Source: an uncultured Acidimicrobiia bacterium (GTDB lineage Bacteria; Actinomycetota; Acidimicrobiia; Acidimicrobiales; AC-14). Taken from it: a DNA stretch of 64,000 bases. Of this stretch, positions 58,706 through 64,000 are shown one piece after another (position 1 is the first letter of the stretch; each line of letters begins with the position of its first letter). Below the pieces are notes generated by a model. The model was not told the DNA's origin. It did not search any database and saw nothing but the letters and a program-made list of their open reading frames with translations. The stretch is from contig CAWIIV010000006.1 in NCBI GenBank assembly GCA_963836205.1, positions 448,001 to 512,000 of the forward strand, written 5' to 3'. The position numbers and the translations under genes are program-made.

Positions 58706-58870
58706 CCGGTCACCCGCCGGCGCCGGCCCGCACCAGCTCCAGCCGGTCGCCTTCGGCCAGGGTGGTGCAGAGGTAGAGCCGGCGGCCGTCCAGGTCGAGG
58801 GCGGTCATCCGGTCACCCGCCGGCGACGGCCCGCACCAGCTCCAGCCGGTCGCCCTCGGCCAGGGTGGTG
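58661..58870. repeat. 103-bp tandem duplication of the thiS end/thiE start junction
   Basis: Unit starts at 58661 and 58764; two substitutions; GGTG microhomology at the junction. Confidence 0.92.
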
Positions 58871-59016
58871 GTCGACAGGAGGCGCCGCTCGACCGGCTCG
58901 CCGTTGCGCTCCACCAGCACCCACCGTCCGCCGAGGCCGAGCGCGGTCAGCAGGTCGTCGACCGTCGATCCGTCGGGCAGCTCGACGGCGTCGCCGTTGG
59001 CCACCACGACGATCAT
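58813..59016 (-). CDS. thiS: Sulfur carrier ThiS
   Basis: VERNGE, GDRLELVRAVAGG C-terminus. Confidence 0.95.
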   Translation of the reverse strand: MIVVVANGDAVELPDGSTVDDLLTALGLGGRWVLVERNGEPVERRLLSTTTLAEGDRLELVRAVAGG

Positions 59017-59026
59017 CGGACCGTGA

Positions 59027-59605
59027 TCATTGGGCGGCCTTGGCCGCCGCCTTCTTCGCCCGCTTGTACTCCCGCACCTTGGCCAGCGACTCGGGGCTGT
59101 CGATGTCGGCCACCGAGTAGAACCCGTCGGACGAGTAGGGACCGGCCGCCTCCTCCCATCCCGGCGGCTGCACGCCCAGGCGCTTGGCCAGCAGGGCCAG
59201 GAAGATGCGGGCCTTCTGGTCGCCGAAGCCGGGCAGGGCCTTCAGCCGCTGGTAGAGCTCGGTGCCGGTGTCGGCCGTCTCCCACACCGCGGCGGCCGAG
59301 CCGCCGTAGTCGTCGACGAGGGTCCGGGCCAACGCCTGGGTGCGGGCCGCCATCGACCCCGGGAAGCGGTGCAAGGCCGGCGGGCGGGCGAAGACGGCGG
59401 CCAGGGCCTCGGGGTCGTGGTCGGCGATGTCGGCCGGGTCGAGCCGCCCGCCGAGGCGCTCCTTGAGGTCGAAGGGGCTGCGGAACGCCTTCTCCATCGG
59501 GATCTGCTGGTCGAGGAGCATGCCGATGAGCAGGGCGAACGGGTCGCTCGACAGGAGCTCGTCGGCGGCCTCGTCGCCGGTGAGGTGGAGCGCGTTCGGA
59601 GCCAT
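59027..59605 (-). CDS. HhH-GPD-type DNA repair family protein
   Basis: LLIGMLLDQQIPMEKAF, HRFPGSMA, LPGFGDQKARIF. Confidence 0.88.
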   Translation of the reverse strand: MAPNALHLTGDEAADELLSSDPFALLIGMLLDQQIPMEKAFRSPFDLKERLGGRLDPADIADHDPEALAAVFARPPALHRFPGSMAARTQALARTLVDDYGGSAAAVWETADTGTELYQRLKALPGFGDQKARIFLALLAKRLGVQPPGWEEAAGPYSSDGFYSVADIDSPESLAKVREYKRAKKAAAKAAQ

Positions 59606-59609
59606 GCCC

Positions 59610-59885
59610 TCAGTCTGCCGCCTTCAGGTCCTTACCGACGAAGAACCCGCCGAAGGGGATGGCGGCGGCCACGATCACCCAGATGGTCCGTCCGAGGCCC
59701 CACCCCTGGCTGGGCCGCACCTTGATGACGAGGATCACGTAGGCGAGGAAGATGATCCCGTGGACCATCCCCACGACGGGGACGAGGTCGGGCCCCTCGA
59801 CCACCCGCTTCACGAAGCTGGCGCAGAGGAGGATGAGGAAGCTGACCGCCTCGATGTAGGCGACCGCACGGAAGTTCTTGATCAC
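59610..59885 (-). CDS. DUF3817 membrane protein
   Basis: FRAVAYIEAVSFLIL, GMVHG..F.AY, IPFG.F. Confidence 0.85.
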   Translation of the reverse strand: MIKNFRAVAYIEAVSFLILLCASFVKRVVEGPDLVPVVGMVHGIIFLAYVILVIKVRPSQGWGLGRTIWVIVAAAIPFGGFFVGKDLKAAD

Positions 59886-59942
59886 CGGCGCAGCCTCCCA
59901 TCGGCCGGGCCGCCGGCACCACTTGTGGGCGACGCCGCCGCG

Positions 59943-62654
59943 TCACCGCACGCGGGGGTCGGGGATATCGGGGTCGAGGCCGTAGTGGGCGATGGCGTCG
60001 GCCACGTCCTGGGGTTTGCCGTCGTCGGCCCGGGCGAGGGACTCGAGGACGGCCACCACCACGTGGGCGGCGTCGGTCTCGAAGTGGCGGCGGAGGTTGG
60101 CCGACGTGTCGGAGCGGCCGTAGCCGTCGGTGCCCAGGGCCACGAACGGCCGCGGGATCCACCGGGCCACCTGGTCGGGCACCATCTTCATGAAGTCGGT
60201 GACGGCCACCACCGGTCCCTCGGCCCCGGCGAGGGCCTCGGTCACGTACGGCGTGCGGGGCGGGTCGGTGGGGTGCAGCCGGTTCCACCGCTCGACGGAG
60301 AGAGCGTCCTCCCGCAGGGCCTTGTACGACGTGGCGCTCCACAGCTCGGCGGCCACGTCGTGGTCGGCGGCCAGCATCGTCTGGGCCTCCCGGGCCGCGC
60401 CCTGGGCGGTGCCGGAGAAGAGCACGGTCGCTTTGCGGCTGGGCCCGTCGGGAGCGGCCGCGAACCGGTACAGGCCCCGCCGAATCCCGTCCTCCACGTC
60501 CCCTGGATTTTGGCCCTCGGGCAACGGCGGCATGGCGTAGTTCTCGTTGTACAGGGTGAGGTAGTAGAAGACGTCCTCCGGCTCGGGGCCGTACATGCGA
60601 CGGATGCCGTCCTCCACGATCACGCCCAGCTCGTAGGCGAAGGCGGGGTCGTAGGCGGCCAGGTTGGGCACGGTGGAGCCGAGGACCAGGCTGTGGCCGT
60701 CGGCGTGCTGGAGGCCCTCGCCGTGGAGGGTGGTGCGGCCGGCAGTGGCGCCGCACAGGAACCCCCGTCCCCGGGAGTCGCCGAAGGCCCAGATGAGGTC
60801 GCCCACCCGCTGGAACCCGAACATCGAGTAGAAGATGAAGAACGGCAGCATCGGCGTGCCGTGGGTGGCGTAGGCGGTGCCGGCGGCGGTGAAGCTGGCC
60901 ATGGACCCGGCCTCGGTGATGCCCTCCTCCAGGATCTGGCCGTCCTTCGACTCCTTGTACGACAGGAGGAGGTGGGCGTCGACCGGCTCGTAGAGCTGGC
61001 CGTGGGCCGCGTAGATGCCCACCTCGGGGAAGAGGGAGTCCATGCCGAAGGTGCGGGCCTCGTCGGGGATGATCGGCACCACCCGCTGGCCGAGGCCCTT
61101 GTCGCGGAGGAGGTCGCGCAGGAGGCCGGCGAAGGCCATGGTGGTGGACACCTGGCGGGAGCCCGAGCCGGCCTTGGTGGCGTCGAACACCTTGGCCTCG
61201 GGCATGGGGAGCTCGCGCTGGCGGCGGACGACCCGCTTCGGCAGGGACCCGGCCAGGGCCCGCCGCCGCTCCATCATGTACTCGAACTCGGGGGACTCCT
61301 CGGCCGGGCGGCAGTAGGGCGGCTGGTCGGTGTCCTCCAGGGCCGCGTCGGAGAGCAGGTCGTCGATGTGGAGCCGGTCGCGGAACTCGCGCAGGTTCTT
61401 CTTCGACATCTTCTTGATCTGGTGGGTGGCGTTGCGGGCCTCCACCTCGGGGCCGAGGGTCCAGCCTTTGATGGTCTTGGCCAGGATGGCGGTGGGCGCC
61501 CCTTCGTGCTCGACCGCGGCCCGGTAGGCGGCGTAAAGCTTGCGGTAGTCGTGCCCGCCCCGGGGGAGGGTGCGCAGCTCGTCGTCGGTGAGGTCGTCGA
61601 CGAGGGCGCGTAGCCGGGGATCGGGACCGAAGAAGTGCTGGCGGATGTAGGCCCCTGACTCCACTGAGTACTTCTGGAACTCGCCGTCGAGGGTGGTGTT
61701 CATCTTGTTGACGAGGACACCGTCGCGGTCCTTGGCGAGGAGCTCGTCCCACTTGGAGCCCCAGATGACCTTGATCACGTTCCACCCCGCGCCCCGGAAC
61801 ACCGCCTCCAGCTCCTGGATGATCTTGCCGTTGCCTCGGACGGGGCCGTCGAGGCGCTGGAGGTTGCAGTTGACGACGAACGTGAGGTTGTCGAGGGACT
61901 CTCTGGCGGCCAGGCTCAGGGCGCCGAGGGATTCGGGTTCGTCGCACTCGCCGTCGCCCAGGAAGGCCCACACTCGTGAGCGACTGGTGTCGACGATGCG
62001 GCGGTTGGCCAGGTAACGGTTGAAGCGGGCCTGGTAGATGGCGTTGATGGGGCCGATGCCCATGCTGACGGTGGGGTACTCCCAGAAGTCGGGCATGAGC
62101 CGGGGGTGGGGATAGCTCGACAGCCCGTTGCCCCCGATTTCCTGGCGGAAGTTGTCGAGCTGGGCCTCGGTCAGGCGGCCCTCGAGGAAAGCCCGGGCGT
62201 AGATGCCGGGGGCGGCATGGCCCTGGAAGAAGACCTGGTCGCCGGGCTGGCCGTCCTCCTTGCCCCGGAAGAAGTGGTTGAAGCCCACCTCGTAGAGGGC
62301 GGCAGAGCTGGCGTAGGTGGCGAGGTGGCCGCCGATGCCCGGGGCCTTGGCATTGGCCCGGGTGACCATGACCGCCGCGTTCCACCGCACGAAGGCCCGG
62401 ATGCGCCGCTCCATGGTCTCGTCGCCCGGGAACCACGGCTCCCGCTCGGGCGGGATGGAGTTGATGTAGTCGCTCGACACGGTGGCCGGGAAGCCCACCT
62501 GGAGCTCGCGAGCGCGCTCGAGGAGTTTCATCACGAGGAACCGGGCCCGGGTCTTGCCCCGGACGTCGACCACGGCGTCGAGCGAGTCCACCCACTCGGA
62601 CGTCTCCTGGGGATCGATGTCGGGAAGCTGGGCGGAGAATCCGTCGAAGATCAC
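59943..62654 (-). CDS. aceE: Pyruvate dehydrogenase E1, homodimeric type
   Basis: [43 protein letters not shown]. Confidence 0.97.
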   Translation of the reverse strand: MIFDGFSAQLPDIDPQETSEWVDSLDAVVDVRGKTRARFLVMKLLERARELQVGFPATVSSDYINSIPPEREPWFPGDETMERRIRAFVRWNAAVMVTRANAKAPGIGGHLATYASSAALYEVGFNHFFRGKEDGQPGDQVFFQGHAAPGIYARAFLEGRLTEAQLDNFRQEIGGNGLSSYPHPRLMPDFWEYPTVSMGIGPINAIYQARFNRYLANRRIVDTSRSRVWAFLGDGECDEPESLGALSLAARESLDNLTFVVNCNLQRLDGPVRGNGKIIQELEAVFRGAGWNVIKVIWGSKWDELLAKDRDGVLVNKMNTTLDGEFQKYSVESGAYIRQHFFGPDPRLRALVDDLTDDELRTLPRGGHDYRKLYAAYRAAVEHEGAPTAILAKTIKGWTLGPEVEARNATHQIKKMSKKNLREFRDRLHIDDLLSDAALEDTDQPPYCRPAEESPEFEYMMERRRALAGSLPKRVVRRQRELPMPEAKVFDATKAGSGSRQVSTTMAFAGLLRDLLRDKGLGQRVVPIIPDEARTFGMDSLFPEVGIYAAHGQLYEPVDAHLLLSYKESKDGQILEEGITEAGSMASFTAAGTAYATHGTPMLPFFIFYSMFGFQRVGDLIWAFGDSRGRGFLCGATAGRTTLHGEGLQHADGHSLVLGSTVPNLAAYDPAFAYELGVIVEDGIRRMYGPEPEDVFYYLTLYNENYAMPPLPEGQNPGDVEDGIRRGLYRFAAAPDGPSRKATVLFSGTAQGAAREAQTMLAADHDVAAELWSATSYKALREDALSVERWNRLHPTDPPRTPYVTEALAGAEGPVVAVTDFMKMVPDQVARWIPRPFVALGTDGYGRSDTSANLRRHFETDAAHVVVAVLESLARADDGKPQDVADAIAHYGLDPDIPDPRVR

Positions 62655-62696
62655 CCCTCCATGCTTCCACCCGGGGATGACGATCGCGTTACGCGC

Positions 62697-62996
62697 CGGG
62701 CAAGTGGCTCGAGTCCGCCACGGAGGGGGTGTTCGTGGCGATCGCTCGGTGGGAGGGTGGGCCGGCCCCCGGTCCTGTCCGAGCAAGTGGCACGAGTCCG
62801 CGACGGAGGGGGTGTTCGTGGCGATCGCTCGGTGGGAGGGTGGGCCGGCACCCAGTCCCCGGCGAGCAAGTGGCACGAGTCCGCCAAGGAGGGGGTGTTC
62901 GTGGCGATCGCTCGGTGGCGGGCGGGCCAGGCACCCGGTCCCCGCCGAGCAAGTGGCACGAGTCCGCCACGCAGGGGGTGTTCGTGGTTTGCTCGC
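62697..62996. repeat. Array of 4 palindromic ~53-bp units at 83-bp period
   Basis: CGAGCAAGTGGCACGAGTCCGCCACGGAGGGGGTGTTCGTGGCGATCGCTCGG-like units at 62697, 62780, 62863, 62946, with 30-bp related linkers. Confidence 0.93.
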
Positions 62997-63029
62997 CGGG
63001 TGTCGCAGCCACCCGATTGAATGGGCCGC

Positions 63030-63929
63030 ATGGCCGACTTGGAACTGGCCGCCCTCGCCGCATTCCAAGGGGGACTCGTCACGCACGACCAAACACGCGA
63101 CCATCTCACCCAGGGGCAGATCGAGGCTCGGCTTCGGGCCGGACGCCTCGTCGTCGTACGTCGCGGTGTCTATCGACACGCGGGCGCGCCGGTCACCCGG
63201 TCGCAGCCGCTCCGAGCCGCGCTTCTGGCCGCGGGTCCGAACGCCGCCGCCTCGTTCTGCTCGGCGGGCGAGCTCTGGAGGCTGCCGGGGATCGTTGCCG
63301 CGGTCCCGGAGCTGACCGTGCCGTGGCCAGCGCGGGTACGACTACCGGGGGTGCGGTCCCATCAGAGTCGGGCCATTCCGCCGTACCACGTCACCGTCCA
63401 CCAGGATCTCCGGGTGACGACGCCCGCCCGGACCCTTGCCGAGTTGTCCGCCCTTGTCGGACCGAAGCAGCTCGGACGGATGGTCGACGACGGCCTGCGC
63501 CGGCACCTGCTCGACCTTGAGGACCTGAGAGAGGCCTACGACGTGCTCGCCTGCCCAGGGCGGCGGCGGCTCACGGTGCTGCGGGCGATCCTTGAGGCTC
63601 GGCTCCCTGGCTTCCATCCGGGAGACAGCCCGGCGGAGCTCGACGTGCGGCGGATTCTGGTGCAGGCCCGGCTCGGGGAGCCGGTACCGCAGTACCAGGT
63701 CGTCGTGGGGGAAACGATCTATCTCCTCGACTGGGCGTACCCCGACGATCGCATCGCCGTCGAGTACAACGGCTGGGAGTTCCACCGCAGCCGCAGCTCG
63801 TTCGACCACGACGCGGCCCGGTCTAACGCGCTGACGGCGGCTGGGTGGCGGCTGATCGTCGTCACATCGGCCACCGAGCCCAAAGCGCTCGTCGACAACG
63901 TTCGGGGTCTCCGTTCGGCCGCCGCGTGA
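63030..63929 (+). CDS. AbiEi-like N-terminal domain plus DUF559/Vsr-like endonuclease domain
   Basis: [56 protein letters not shown]; start at 63021 or 63030. Confidence 0.88.
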   Translation: MADLELAALAAFQGGLVTHDQTRDHLTQGQIEARLRAGRLVVVRRGVYRHAGAPVTRSQPLRAALLAAGPNAAASFCSAGELWRLPGIVAAVPELTVPWPARVRLPGVRSHQSRAIPPYHVTVHQDLRVTTPARTLAELSALVGPKQLGRMVDDGLRRHLLDLEDLREAYDVLACPGRRRLTVLRAILEARLPGFHPGDSPAELDVRRILVQARLGEPVPQYQVVVGETIYLLDWAYPDDRIAVEYNGWEFHRSRSSFDHDAARSNALTAAGWRLIVVTSATEPKALVDNVRGLRSAAA

Positions 63930-64000
63930 CGACGGTCGTGTTCACCGACGGGGCGTGCCTGGGGAACCCGGGGCCGGGGGGGTGGGCGTGGGCGGTGCCG
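63926..64000 (+). CDS. rnhA: Ribonuclease HI (5' partial)
   Basis: [25 protein letters not shown]; GTG overlaps the upstream TGA. Confidence 0.9.
   Translation, partial: MTTVVFTDGACLGNPGPGGWAWAVP

Noticed and set aside
62697-62996. Canonical CRISPR array
   Set aside because: The linkers are clearly related to each other, the repeat is about 53 bp, and no cas genes are present. Kept as a non-CRISPR repeat finding.
62655-63179. N-terminal extension of aceE through the repeat array
   Set aside because: AceE homology starts at VIFDGF (62654); the extension is translated repeat and antisense to the nuclease gene.
63030-63929. Complete type IV toxin-antitoxin (AbiE) system
   Set aside because: No AbiEii nucleotidyltransferase is adjacent; the next gene is rnhA.

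Overview
This is a GC-rich (visually about 70%) actinobacterial chromosome segment. Gene order and protein style suggest Acidimicrobiia, which is an inference. Most of it is housekeeping: DUF501-ppx-rimJ, ftsEX with an M23 peptidase, prfB, secA, whiB, hpf/raiA with comF, ahcY-pgi/pmi-trm112-pmm, a membrane glycosyltransferase cluster, ftsH, a split suf system with two sufC copies, hsp20, glycogen debranching enzyme, thiS/thiE, aceE and the start of rnhA. About ten single-base frameshifts fall in otherwise intact genes and are probably sequencing or assembly errors; they create false fusions in the ORF track. Non-routine items: (1) a raiA-motif ncRNA between comF and hpf; (2) a redoxin with a likely UGA-selenocysteine and SECIS hairpin; (3) a TIR-transmembrane-cyclophilin fusion protein; (4) a 4.6 kb lower-GC island with a divergent G6PD/Gfo-like dehydrogenase, an orphan and a SorC-type regulator; (5) an 83-bp-period palindrome array directly upstream of an AbiEi/DUF559 nuclease gene, plus dispersed ~50-bp palindromes; (6) a 69-bp tandem array whose unit has a covarying solo homologue 40 kb away; (7) a highly structured intergenic element with a strong SD and a 14-codon ORF; (8) a metalloprotease paired with a lipoprotein that resembles its own N-terminal domain. 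All calls come from reading the sequence and recalling motifs; no searches were run.
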